A DNA stretch of 64,000 nucleotides from Vitrella brassicaformis CCMP3155. Taxonomy: Eukaryota; Protista; Chromerida. Location of the stretch: assembly GCA_001179505.1 (NCBI GenBank), contig CDMY01000336.1:186001-250000 (forward strand). Reading direction: 5' to 3'. Position numbers and translations under genes: made by a program. How positions within the stretch are numbered: the stretch's first letter is position 1; every line of letters starts with the position of its first letter. Under the pieces are notes generated by a model. It saw only the letters and a program-made list of their open reading frames with translations. It did not search any database and had not been told where the DNA came from. Below are positions 1-12,185 of this stretch, in pieces.

Positions 1-2488
1 TGTAGTCCACCACACCCTTGCCCTTCTTGACCACCGAATGGTGGCCCGTGTCGACATCATGCGACTGCGCCCTCACCGGCGCCCCCTGTGCGGAGGGGGC
101 CTCGTGCCGCTGCTGCTGCTGCTGGCCCTCTTCCCGCTCCCGCTCTTGCTGTTCTTCGAGATCTCCGTCGCTCACTGCTCGGCTGATGGCCCTGCAACAA
201 GCAAAGGGCGGGCGGCAGCTGCAGCTTAGGCGAGAGGCCCCTTGTTTGGCGTGATGGTGAGTAGATGGGGGTGGATGTTTGACATTATGGTGGGTGGGAG
301 TGGGGGTGGGAGTGGCCCTGCCCTGCTTCACTTGAGACCTTTTTTGGTTCTCCTCCTCCTCCAGGCAGATCTCGTCCGACTCCACCGGGGGCAGCAGGTG
401 GGCCAAGGGCAGGGGGCCGGAAAGGGACTGCCGGGTGGCTACAGGCAGACAGAGAGACGACGCACCAACAGTGAATGAATGGATGAATGGATCATGCGAG
501 CATGACACACACGGACCGTGGGGGCCGCCTGGGGTACCTACCTAGCGATGCGAAGGGTATAGAGGTGAGAGTGAAGGTCTCAAGCGATGAGTCCTTCCCC
601 TCCAGCGACTTCTGCGAAGAAAGATGCAACAAAACGCAGCCACACACATTAATACATTATTACGTGCCCGGGAACCCCCCTCTGTCTGTGAGTGCGTATT
701 TGCTGACTGACTTGGCAGAGGTCGATGTAGTCGACCAGCCGCTGGGTGAGGGCGTGCAGCTTGTCCTTGTCCGGCAGCTGACACACACACAACCAACCAC
801 CGTCCTCACAATAGGCGTGTGCATGATATCCTCTCCTCTCCCCTTCTCCTTCCCCTCTCACCCGAAACACAACATGGTGCGGCCCCCCCGGCCGCGGCGA
901 TGTGGTGGTCGATTTGTCTGGCGTCTTGGACCCCATCGACAGGGGCGACAGGAACGACCCCGTCGTGTGACTCAGCCGCACCTTGAAGCTACCACCCAGT
1001 ATCCGCCCCACGCCACTCAGCCCCAGCCCCCCCAACCCACCCTCTTGCGCCGGCTCCTCCACACCCGACACAGCCACCGATGTGCGCGCAGACGGTTGCT
1101 CTGGTGCGCCACGCGTCTCGACCCCGTCCTTGAAGCTGACGCCTTTGGCGGATTTCGCCAGGTCTGTGTGTGGTGAGAGGGAGTCGGTGGGCTGCTCGAC
1201 GGAGGGTGTGAGGTCGATGGGCGGTGGTGGGAGGGGAGGGTGTGGGGACCTGTCACGGTCCCCCATGGCAGAGGTGCGGGAACGGCTGGGGACGGGGGAC
1301 ACAGACGCCCGCTCGCCACGCTGCCGGCGACTCGAGCTGCGACTCCGGCTGCGAGCACTGAGACATAGAGAGAGAGGAATAAGGAAAGAGGCAGTTGAGA
1401 ACCTGAGCCATGTGTGTGGGGGTAGGTAGACATTCTGCTGACTGACCTGCCGTCGAGTGTGCGCACGACAACGTGTAGGTAGTAGACCCGCTCAGTGGAT
1501 GGAGCCAAACCTGCAGCGACCACCAGATGGACACACGGCCAGCCAGAAGATTCTCCTGCGGCTCAGGTGTGTAAGTGAGGCTGTGGTGCAGCGCTGACTG
1601 ACCTTCCACTGCTCGTGCTTCCGACCTCGGGACACTGACGGCCCCGCACTCCAGTATGTCCCTCATGTCAATGTACACCTGAAAGGTACCGATCCCGCGA
1701 CTGGCAACGTGACCCGAGCGGGGATCTGACACGACACACAACATAACCACACACATGCATGTGCTTACCGCATGGCTATGACCATGAGCCGGCCGATGTG
1801 GCTGGCTGCTGTTGTTGGCTCACTCGCTCACCGGGTTCGAAAGTGACAGCAACTTTTGACACGGTGAGTATGCCAGGCACCTCTAGATCAGGGGTGCAGT
1901 ACAGCGCGCTCTCTGAGGTCACACACGCATGGAACACACACAGAGATACACCGAATGCAGCACCGTGGCTGGTTCCCTCACCCTTGGCTGCTTCCATGGT
2001 CGGCGATTGTGATGGCGTGACGCCCATGACCTCCATGCTGCTGCTGCTGGCGGGTTGGTGCGCCAGCTTGCCGAAGGGGCCCGCCTTGGGACTCCGGCGG
2101 GGATACGCACCCGGCTGGATGCTGTTCCGCACATTCCCGCGCTGACCACACAAGGCACACAAGGCACATGAACACACACAACGAGCTGACTGAATGTCTG
2201 GCTGCTCTCTCTCCCCTCCCCCCTGATATGGCTTTCATTGGCTCACGAAGTAACCGTCGGCCGGTCTGTGTGCGAAGTGCGTGTGTCTTGCCCTCCGTGA
2301 GGGGTCTGCGGGGGCCGTCCCGGGGCTCGAGGGAGGGCCTGGCCCGCCGGGTGACAACACCATCTGCTCCTGACACACACACACACCAGGCAAGCCGAGA
2401 GTGATGCCTCGAGGACGGCACAGTACACGTGTTGGTTGTCCTGTGTGTGTGTGTGTATGGTATCACTCACCTGCGAAGGCGCCTCCAT
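1..2488 (-). CDS. Multi-exon OXR1/NCOA7/TLDc-family-like protein, N-terminal part with GRAM/PH-like domain; 3' end lies outside the window
   Basis: First exon MEAPSQ (ATG at 2488) is followed by a GTGAGT donor. Spliced exons at ~1830-1910 and ~1600-1728 give ESALYCTPDLEVPGILTVSKVAVTFEP|DPRSGHVASRGIGTFQVYIDMRDILECGAVSVP, which resembles the OXR1-type GRAM-like segment (G-x-L-x-V-T/S...F-x-P...G...M-x-D/E-I). Further coding exons at ~940-1300, 545-610, 330-440 and 1-200. The TLDc domain itself is not visible. Confidence 0.6.
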
Positions 2489-3281
2489 TTCCGGGGCCGA
2501 TTCAGTGCGGATGGTCTCATCTGCCCCCTCTTCTCGCGGACGATGCACCACACGGCCGCCGCCCGGCTCAGTCCTGCACACACACACACACACACCGCTT
2601 TGCTCGGCGCTGCAGTCATCTCAACTCCTCCTCAAGGAGATTGCGCGGACCTTGTTTCCCGCATTTCCATGGGTTGGCCGCTAACCGTCTGCTGCTCGTG
2701 CTGAGCCGCGTCCCGCACACGAATGTTCATCGCATCGGCTGCACACAACACACAAAGCACAGAGCGCATCAAAAGTCGTGGTTTCCGCGCTGGATGAGCA
2801 TGGTTTTCGGTCCATGCGGTGTGCTGACCAACTTCCGTCGCGAACCGCAGCCAGCTGCTGCTCTGAAACATCCCTACTCACTCACTCAGGCCGGCCTGCA
2901 CGCCCGCCGTGCTGTCGCGATCTTGAGACGCCTCTCAAGCCGCCGCTCTTGTCCCAATCGCTTGCTCGTTGACGCCTACAACCTCCCATTCATAACGAGC
3001 TCTCTCTCAACAGCGATCCATCTCTGCGAGCTTGGCTTTAGGCCGCCTCCTCTTTTCCTTCTCTCTCCCTCCTGAATGAAATGGATGACAGAGCCGTCTG
3101 CGTGCGGGGAGCGGTATGGTGCTGAGTGAGTTGAGGGCTGGTGTTTTTGACTGACTCATGCCGTCGCAGGCGCTCCCTTTGAGTAAGTGAGGTGAGGGTG
3201 GCTGAGGCGTGCAGAGGAGCGGCAGCGGACCGGGAGAAACCGAGTTTTTGGAGGGGCAGGGGAGCAACAGAGAGAGTCGCG

Positions 3282-6200
3282 ATGGGGACGGAGAGTGTGT
3301 GTTTCAGCGAGGTGGACGTAGATGACTTCATCGGCAAGCCTCAGGTGCGCCCGCACAAGACGCACAAACACTCACACACACGGGGTGGGACGGTCGCACC
3401 CTGCGCAGTGACTCACTCATTCCTGCCTGCTGGTGTGTTGCTTGTGTGTGCGTGTGTCAGTCTGGCAGAGGGAAGCGGCCAATGGAGATCTTCGAGCTTG
3501 TTGCAGAAGATCGTAAGCTCAAGTCGACACACCAAACCGACGCCCACACAGCGGCCGGCCCGTGACCACGGTGTGTCTCTGTCTCTGTCCTGTGTGCGCC
3601 TCAGGGCTGAATGAGGACGATGTGCAGGGTCTGATAGAGCAGACGGCATCGGGAGGGAAGCGGTCAGCGTGTGTTGTGTTGTCGAGCGGCGACTGGTTCC
3701 ACGTCAACTCCACACTCGAGACGCAGAAATCGCACCCGCTATTCGCCACACTCACTGCTTCGGTCAGCCAACCACACGCATGCAGACAGACAGACAGACA
3801 GACTTTGTTGCCTTCCCCCCGTGTGTCACGCAGCTATTCTTTGACGCCATAAGTGATGAGGACGACGGCACCATCCGGCTGCCAGACGGCTTGCGCAAGC
3901 TCCGCCTGCTCGTCAGCCCGCAGTCCTTCGCTGACCCGCCAGCGATGCCGGCACGCGGCTCGCCCCTCTACCAGGAGCTGCTGCGTCTGTGCTTCCGCTT
4001 CTACGGTGCGGAGAAGGGCCCGGTGGCCAGCCCCTCGACATGTGCCTCGGGCGGTCAGGGCGGCGGCGGACGTGCGACGCCCCTGGTACTGGAGAAGGTG
4101 CGGCTGCTCAACCGGGTCAACATCGTGTTCCATCGCCTGCAGGTGGCGACGCACTCAAGAGCATATCCATTTTGTGCGTGTGTGTCTTGTGGATGGATGG
4201 ATGGATGGATGTGTGTGTGGCGCGCAGGCTCTTGGTGTGACGTCACGGAACGACTTCTACAACTTGGCTGAGTACCTGTTGAAGCGCCACGAGGAGGAGA
4301 GCTCATTCGACCTCGACGGCTTTGCAGAGATCGTGGCCGACGTCATGCCCGACCTGCTCACCGCATTCGGCCTCTTCACCTGCATCGCTGGACAGGTGGG
4401 CAGACAGACCCGCACACACGTCGACACACACGAACCAGTGGATGGTGATGTGTTGTGGTTCAGATGAAGTGTCTTGACGCGATATCGTCGCTCAAGACCA
4501 GCTGTCACATCCAACCCAAACCAGGTAGGTTAGGTGATTGACACGCGCAATGAGCAATGGGCAATCAACACACACCACATACATAACTGTCCATCCCCTC
4601 TCTCTGCCTCTCTGTCTTTCTCTCTCTCAGAGCCCATAGTGTCCGACATGTCGACGGCGCCCCCAGCAACGGAGGCGGACAACCAGTTCAGCAACTCTGA
4701 CCTGGGCGACTACCAGTCACCCTCACCGCCCAACCACATTGACAACGACCCGCCCTTCTCAAACCCTCAGGACACGTTCGGCGCGCCAGACAACTCCCGC
4801 AACGACCACACATCCTTCAACACGTCGTGCATCCCGCCACCGGGCAGCCCCCACCTCTCCCCGCCGCTGTTTGACCTCAACGCGTCTTGTTCCCACAACG
4901 AGGAGGCCTGCGACTGGGGCAATGGGGGCGGTATGTGGGGGTCGCAGACACAGGAGGGGCTGCTGCGGCGGGACAAGCGGCACTACAGCCTGCCGTGGGG
5001 GTCGCAGATCGGCGTCAAGCGGCCGCACGACGGTGGCAGCATGATCGACGACGACGGGCCGCCCACCAAGGCCACCAAGCTGCAGTCCATCATGGAGGAC
5101 CAGGAGGTGGCATTCGGACCGCCCGGCTACGGCCATGGGGACACCACACAGCCGCCGTCGCTCGACTCGCCGCCATTTGGGTACACGGGCCGCGGCGGCG
5201 GGCACGGCGAGGGCGCCGTCAACCTGGAGACCGACAGCGGACGGAACAAGGGGCCGACACAACCCATCAGGGTGAGTGAGTGCACGATGGATGACAGACA
5301 GGGAGGAAAGTCCGCCTCACATTCGTCTGTGTCTCTGCAGAGCTCTCGTCGGCGCCACACCATCCGTGGCGGGCAGGGGCTCTCCTCTCTCGGCAGCGGC
5401 AGGTCGTCAGAGTGTCCGTCGTCGTCGCAGCCCCCCGACTGCCCCTCGTCCTTCCTCCCCCACTTGGCCACTCACACCGACGGCAACGGCAATGGCGGCA
5501 ACAGTGACGGGGACGCGTCGACGCCCACAGAGGGCGCTGGCGAGAGAGAGAGGCGGGGGGAGGGCAAGGGCGGGGAGGACGACAGGGATGGGGACTGCCT
5601 GTGCGCCACATGTGTCAGGTGAGCAGAGCTGGTTGGGGATATGGGTGGACGGATGATGGCATGATGTCTGTCATGTGGTTTGTGTGTCAGGTGGCGTCGA
5701 GCCGTCAAGTCGGAGGCTCTTGAGGTGGTGGAGCCGCTCAAGGAACAACTCGAACAGAGAAACAGCACCATAGGGTCAGTCAGTCAGTCAGTCCAGCCAG
5801 CTCATGAGAGGCCACCGCAATCCAACACCCACCAGCCAGCCAGCACGCTCCGTCTTTTTGTGTCTGTCGTGGCGGCCGTCAGGTTGCTGAAGAAAGAGGT
5901 CTCAGAGCTGCAGAGTGCCGTGTCGCGGCTGCAGAACCTCACCCAGTTGCTCCGCCTATGGACACACCCCGCATTCGCCAGCAAGGCCGACATGCTCATC
6001 GCGTCCGCTCAGCCTGAAGACACAAACACCCCCAGTGCCGCCACCAACACCAAGACCAGCAGCCAACGGGCCGACAGCCAGAACACCGTGCCCTTCGCCA
6101 CACAGAGCGCCCAGAGTGGTGGTGCTGGTGCTGGTGCTGGTGGTGCTGGTTCGGCGTTCGGTGGTGCGGGTGGTGCTCAGGGGTTTGGCGGCATGGCCAA

Positions 6201-6826
6201 CCGGTACATGGGGCCGGCGGGCAACCCCTTCATGCGTGGCACAGCGGCCGGCATGTCGCAGTCCCAAATGGTGGGTGGGTGTGCCGACAAGGAGGACACA
6301 CAACTGGATGCAACGCAATGCCTGTGTGTGTCGTCCTTCCTCTCTTGTCTGTCTGTCTCCGTGGTAGGGCATTGGACTGGCTGCCAATCCGTCTGGGTCG
6401 ATGGGCCAGCTGTCGTCGCTCCTCTCCAACACCGTCCCCCTCACATCATACTCAGGCCCCCACAACCTCGGCACACTCGGGGCATACGGCGCCCTATCCG
6501 GGCTCTGCGGCGGCCTCGGCCTCCCCGCCCTCCCACCCAAGCCCTCCCCCATGATGGGCCTCGGCCTCACACCCGCCACGCTCATGCAGGCAGGCATCAA
6601 TGTGGGCGACGCGGCCGCCAGTGCTGCTGCGGCGCCCCAGGCCTATTCCCGGAGCAACAAGCGGTTCAACACGCTGCCGGCCAAGTGGGGCGGTGTGGCG
6701 GGCATGGCCGCACCCACCACTGCCAACGGCGTGGCCAAGGGGTCGCTGCTGGACATTCAGGCGGGGCTGACCAACGCACGGCAGATGACGTCGACCAACG
6801 CGGCGGCGTGCGATGGACACGGGTGA
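3282..6826 (+). CDS. Multi-exon hypothetical protein (helical N-terminal region, low-complexity middle, coiled coil, Gly/Ala-rich C-terminus)
   Basis: ATG at 3282 (MGTESVCFSEVDVDDFIGKPQ|gt). Consecutive GT-AG-bounded exons stay in frame with ORFs 3669..4271, 4534..5622, 5680..6921 and 6401..6826; stop at 6826. Confidence 0.7.
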
Positions 6827-6829
6827 TGG

Positions 6830-9800
6830 GGGAGAGAGGGGGGGCTGGTTGCGTGCGGGGGGCTGCGTCTGGCTCACCCTTTCATGTGCGTGTGTGTGTG
6901 TGTGAGCGAGTGAGTGTTTGAGAGTGTGAGGGCGATTTTTGTCTATGGATGGGGTGGTGGTGCGCTATACGGGGAGGGGAGGGGAGTGGTGTTTTCCATG
7001 CATACAAAAATACCTACGTAGGGGCGGGAGGGACAATGAATGCAATGCAACGAGAGGTATGAGAATGAAGCGAGACGGACGGTAGGGTGTGCAGACAGAC
7101 AGACAGACAGACAGAGGGGAGGGACTGATCAGCGCAGCAAAGGGAGGGGACGGATGATTTTTTGGGAGAGGAGGGTAGGGGAGGGAGGGGGGGGGACTTG
7201 GGCTTGTTGGTTGCATCCATGTGTGTGCGTGTGCGTGAAAGTGCCGTGTTTCCTGGATGTGTGTGTGCGTGTGTGTGCGTGTGTGTATGCGACCGTGACT
7301 AATGCTCAGAAGTGGCTTGGCTCACTCGCTCTCGTCTGCCTGTCCGTGTCCGTGTTTGTTGTGTGTCGTGTTGGTGGTGGTGGTTTAGTGCTGGTGGAAG
7401 AGATGACCAATGGATGCAATGTGATGCGATGCGATGCGTGACGGTCTGTCTGTTGTGTGTGGCGTTTGTTTGTGGTGAATGAAATGAATGATTGTTGTAG
7501 CGTGTTGTGGACCTACCTGACTTGCACACGCGAGGGCCCTTTTCCGCCCCCGCGACGAGTGTGGATGCCTGCCTGCCTGCAGATCTATGGCCTTGCATCT
7601 CGAGAAGCAAGGATTTCTGTCTGTGAGTGAGTGGATGGATCGATCGATGGATGCATCCAAAGTGGAGTCGTCTGCTTGTTGTGCTCACCAGACACAGACA
7701 ATGGGGAGAATGGAGGCACACGGACGGCAGAGGAACGAAGGACATAAGGATTGATGATTTCACCGGCGTCGTCCGTTTTGCGCTCGTCTGTGGTGCATGG
7801 ATGTGTTGATTGCTCCTCGATGAACGGGTTCCTGCGACTCCCTTCTTTGTCCAGAGAGGGGACGTCGGATTGGCCCGCGCGTCGGGAGTGATTAACACAT
7901 GCATACAACACACACACACACAGACAGACAGACAGACCGACCGCCCTACACCACCAGAGAGACGAGGGAGGAGACGGCTTCGTTCCTTTGTGCCGGACGG
8001 ACTCCACATCCACACACTTCGTTTTGTCGCCGGTATGTGAGGGGTCGTCATGTATGCGTCAGTCAGCTGTGCTGTGCGGTGCGTGAAAATGTGATGTGAT
8101 GTGGCGTATGGTGCTCATTCCTTGATGCATTCATACACACCCTGTCTGTGGCTGCGATCTGCAGATTTTGACACAACAGCACAGCAAGAAGGATCTATCA
8201 CGCAATGCTGGTGTGTTGGTGGCGGGGTGCCGATATTCCGATGCGAATGGGACCCACACACACACAGTCGGCGCCATGCCGGCCTTCATGGCGGGGGGGC
8301 GGGAGAAGAAAGGACGGGCTGGTACTTGCCTACCTGCTTGCCAACTTCCTTGTGTGCGTGCGTGTCATGTCTGCGGGGCGAGGTATGGTGCTTAACGCTG
8401 CCTGGTAGGTTTGCAGGGTGCGGTGCTTTCGTAGCTAACCATTCATCATCCATCCATGTATGTATAAGCTGTCTTAGCGAGCGAACGAGTGCGGGGGAAA
8501 CAAAGAGAGAAAGAGAGATGAGATGGTGGATGAGGAGCAACGAGTGACTTGGAGACAAGAGGTGGGTGGTGTAGCCAGCTAGCCTAGCGCTCCCTGTGTG
8601 TTTTTCCGGCCTGGCTGCACGACTGACTGACTGATGGATGGATGGATGTACCAATGTGTGTACGTTGTGCGTGCGATGGTGAGTGGACCTCGCTCATCAA
8701 ATCAGACGACCGGTTCACTCACTCACTGGGGAGAGGGGATGATGTGCTTGTGTCTGTGTGGTTGTGTGTCTGCGGGAGTGGAGAGGGGCAGTGGGGGCCT
8801 ACACACACTGCTGGCTGCTGCCTGTAGGTGGGGATGGATGGATGTGAGGTGCGGTGGGTGAGGGATTGATGATTCCATCCATCCATGGTGTATGTGGTAT
8901 TTTTCCTGCCTCTCAATCAGGCTGCTACTTGCCTCCTCTCTCTGTTTCTGTCACGGAGCTGGCCTACCTTCCACCCTCCCCCCCCCCGTCTGCCTGCCTG
9001 CCTGTGCGTCAGTCTGCATCTCTCTCTCTGCCTGTCTGTCACACCTCTCTCGTGTAGCCCTCCCTCCTTCAGCTCACACAGCATGGTTTTCCGCCCCATT
9101 GTGTTGTGTTGTGTTGTGTCTGTATCTCTCTCCAACGGACCAACCGGACCAACCGGAGAGGGAGGGCTCGCTCCTTCTGCCTGCCTGCCTGCCTCCTGCC
9201 TTTCTCCCTCTCTGCGTTTTTCCCCATGACACTCGCACAGTGGATAGATAGATCAGGTGGACGGCTGCTGTGCGAGAAAGGAATGGTCGTAGGGGAGGAA
9301 TCAGAAAGCAGCCGAGTATTTTTTTCGCCCACAGAGGGGCGGACAATGCATGTGTACACTCATCCACCATCCACACGTCCACCCATGGCCACTGTAGCGC
9401 TCTAGTTGGCCGCTGTCGGCCTGTCTGCCTGCCTGTGTGTGCCATTTCGCAAGTGCCCTTGACTCCATGGTTGTGTGTGCATTTTTTGATGGCGCCACCG
9501 TGCTCACATCAAGCCAGACACACACGGCGGGCGGGGGACAGATAGACAGACAGACAGACGGACAGACAGACAGGCAGTAAGCAGGCAGGCAGGCATGGCG
9601 AGACGGGCGAGCCCTAACATGTGCTGACTTCCATTCCCTGGTGGGATGGACAGATAATTCATGTCGTGGGTAGCCTCATTCATGTGCGGCTGCAAGCATT
9701 CGACGTGCGCGACCCACTCATAGCGAAATGCGCCAGCAACAGTCATTGAAGTCATCAAGCATCATGTCGAACACACACACACACACACAGCCGGTCTGTC
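6830..9800. repeat. Microsatellite-rich, mostly non-coding interval ((GT)n, (CAGA)n, (GGAT)n, (CCTG)n)
   Basis: Dense short tandem repeats are directly visible. Predicted ORFs here are mostly repeat translations (CVCV, RQTD, WMDG, LSVC). Confidence 0.6.
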
Positions 9801-9974
9801 GTGCGTACTAACACAGCCGTCTGTTCGTCCGTCTATGCACAGCCCGCCCACCAAAACAGCCATGTACCTCGCCTCTCTCCGTCCATCATCCATCCATCCA
9901 TCCATCCACCTCTATGCATCTGCAATCCGTCCTCCCCTTGCTGCTATCTATCGGTGCTCAGCCGCACAAACATC

Positions 9975-11556
9975 TCAGCTGATCTGCAGTGCCTCGAACT
10001 GCCCCCGCCTGTTGATGTGCCCCAGCTCCTGCCACTGGAACTGGCAGTCGCTATCGCCGAGGTGGGTGTTGAAGCCCTTGACCACCCCCTCCACACCGTG
10101 CTGGGCCGCCACGTCCAGCCGGGCCTTGTGGATCACCTCACGCACACCCAGCCGCCGATGCCGCCCGCCCCCCTGCTGCCCCCCATTGACGGCAAAGCAC
10201 TGCAGGGGCGGGACCGTCACTTTGGTCCGCTTCGCCCCTCCGTCCTGCTGCACGTGCCGGCTCCCCCCGACCACCTCCCGGTTGCTGGTCGTCCGTGTGG
10301 CCGCCCGCGTCACGAAATGCGCCACGGCCGCACTCACACGGCGCCTCAGCAGCGACTCGCCCATCAGGTACCCATCGATGGTCGCCATGGCGGTGTGTGG
10401 CTGGTGCAGGAAGGAGCCGATCTTCCAGCCGACGGCCTCTGCCTCCTGGGGGCCGAATGAGAGGCTGGAGGGCGATGGGTGGGTGGGGTGGCCGTCGTGG
10501 TGGGGCGCCAGGGGCAGCAGACGGGCGAGCAGCATCGAGTGGTCGCGTTGGGGGGCGAGGGCGGCGTTGATTGCCGCCATGGCCACATCGCCCAGCTCGT
10601 TGAGTACCGTCCTGTACTCGGGCAGCACCAGCTGCCGAATTCGGCGTTCCCGCTCTGTGGCCGTGGGCAGCCGGGCGATGCCCGCCCCCGCCTGCAGCAG
10701 CACACGGATGGTGCTCTTGAGATGGGGAATCTCGCTGGTGGCTTCGTCCTTGTCTGCCGCCTCCGCAGTGTCGTCGTCCAGCAGCTGAGTGTCCTCATCG
10801 AGCGGGCAGGCAGCAGACCAGAGGGGCGTGCGGTTGGAGTCATTGGGGGTCCCTCTGTTGATGTCGGCAGCCGTGAGGCGGCGGCACAGGGAGGCAGCCA
10901 CACGGTGGGACCCCCACATTGCCGCGTAGTGCAATGGCGTCAAGCCATCGTTGTCGTCCACTGCCGTCATGTCCGCCCCATTGGCCACCAACAGGTCGAT
11001 GTAGCTGTCGATGAAAGACTGGGACCATACGGGAGGGGTGGTGGCCACCCAATGCGCCGCCTTGCCGCCATCACCTCTATCAGTCTCGGTTGCGAGGGTG
11101 GGGTCGCGATCGAGGAGCTGCTGGTAGAAGGACAGCAGGGTGGCCTCGTTGTCCCTGGTGGGCCGGTCCGTCGGCAATAGGCATGGCACCCGCATCACCC
11201 TCCTGCAGACCGCGGGTGCGCCACAGCGGCAGAGCGACGGGAGAGTCCCCATCATTGCCGTCTGCTGCGAAGATGGACGGCACGCTGTTGTCAGTGAGGT
11301 CGTCAATGCACATCGACAGCAGGGGAAAGGGTATGAAGCGTCCCGTGATGCCTTATACCCGCAGCTGGGGCTGCGCATTGGGGCTGGCTCCCTGCTGTCG
11401 AATGAGCTCCGTCGCCTGCTGGACGTGGGTGAAGGTGCGCGAGCTGATGCCCTCTGACAGCTGTCTGGTCTCATCGCTGGTGTCGTCAGGGAAGCCGGTG
11501 TCGAGCCCGCTGCGCCCAACGCAGCCAGTCGGCAGAGCTGCGCCCGCTGCGGCCAT
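9975..11556 (-). pseudogene. Intronless lineage-specific ankyrin-repeat family gene, copy 1, disrupted
   Basis: Paralog of intact 33135..34859. Carries an in-frame TAA at 11353-11355 where copy 2 has GAG, and a 173-nt internal deletion (49 nt versus 222 nt between W and TDRPT) causing a frameshift near 11195-11210. Ankyrin motifs NGADMTAVDDNDGLTPLHYAAMWG and DINRGTPNDSNRTPL are retained. Confidence 0.85.
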
Positions 11557-11893
11557 GACCTACTGCTTCCTACTACAACTACTCGCACCGCGAAGACGGA
11601 CACGTCTGCATACAGAACACAGAGCACACCCAGCGTCGGTGTCTGCCTTGCGCTGCTCGGTGTAGCTGCCTTGCCTCCCCCGCCGCTCACTTACCGCATA
11701 GCGCTGCTCACGGTTCGATGCAGCTAAGCCGCCATGACAACGGCGCTCTCACACGCAGAGGGGATCGCCTGCCATCGATACACAGTGAATGCCACAACAT
11801 GAGATGATCCATGCTGTGCACTTATATGATCTCCTGTGCTGTTGCTCACCAGCCACAAACAGATCTGGAGCAGACGCACGTGCCGTTCGAATA
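11557..11893 (-). promoter_or_regulatory. 5' flank/5'UTR (with probable UTR introns) shared with ankyrin copy 2
   Basis: Aligns by eye to 34860-35216. Shared blocks include ccatgacaacggcgctctcac, gatctcctgtgctg(t/c)tgctcaccag, aaacagatctggagca and gtgccgttcgaat. An AG acceptor lies 3 nt before the ATG. Confidence 0.6.
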
Positions 11894-11904
11894 GCAGTTG
11901 CCAA

Positions 11905-12095
11905 GCCGGTCAACTCGCGTGAAGGCTGAAATGAAGGCCATAGCGACGTTCATCCATGGCACGGTAGGGTATATCCGGTCCAGGGTATGGCCACGTTGCT
12001 CGACCCTTCCCGGCGTTTATGACGTCACGATCTTCGTCATTGGATCACAGCGGCGGACGGCAGAGACGTCGGAAGTGATGGAGATGCCGGTGCAT
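11905..12095 (-). mobile_element. Possible degenerate Ty3/gypsy integrase remnant
   Basis: Minus-strand translation ITSDVSAVRRCDPMTKIVTS*TPGRVEQRGHTLDRIYPTVPWMNVAMAFISAFTRVD resembles the gypsy integrase Zn-finger/core junction (DV..YVRSCD.CQ...P..PWE.VSMDFI..LP.VD). It contains an internal stop and the catalytic D appears replaced. Confidence 0.3.
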
Positions 12096-12185
12096 CAGCA
12101 TTTGCATTGCACGTGATCCTTGATGCGTGGTGGTGCAGGTTGGGCCACAGGGGTGGACGAAGGCTGAGGGCTGGCGCAGATGATC

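Noticed and set aside
9504-9758. Peptide-like ORF (GAFRYEWVAHVECLQPHMNE...)
   Set aside because: Runs into (CTGT)n microsatellite; I could not join it in frame to a start or to other exons.
10479-11180. Long + strand ORFs opposite the ankyrin genes (also 33639..34523), and 36352..37434 (-) opposite the IMPACT-MTBD gene
   Set aside because: Antisense shadow ORFs expected in GC-rich coding DNA; no independent motifs.
9975-11690. 571-aa ORF as an intact gene
   Set aside because: Its N-terminal ~170 aa are in the wrong frame relative to the intact paralog and include intron/UTR sequence; the locus is a frameshifted pseudogene.
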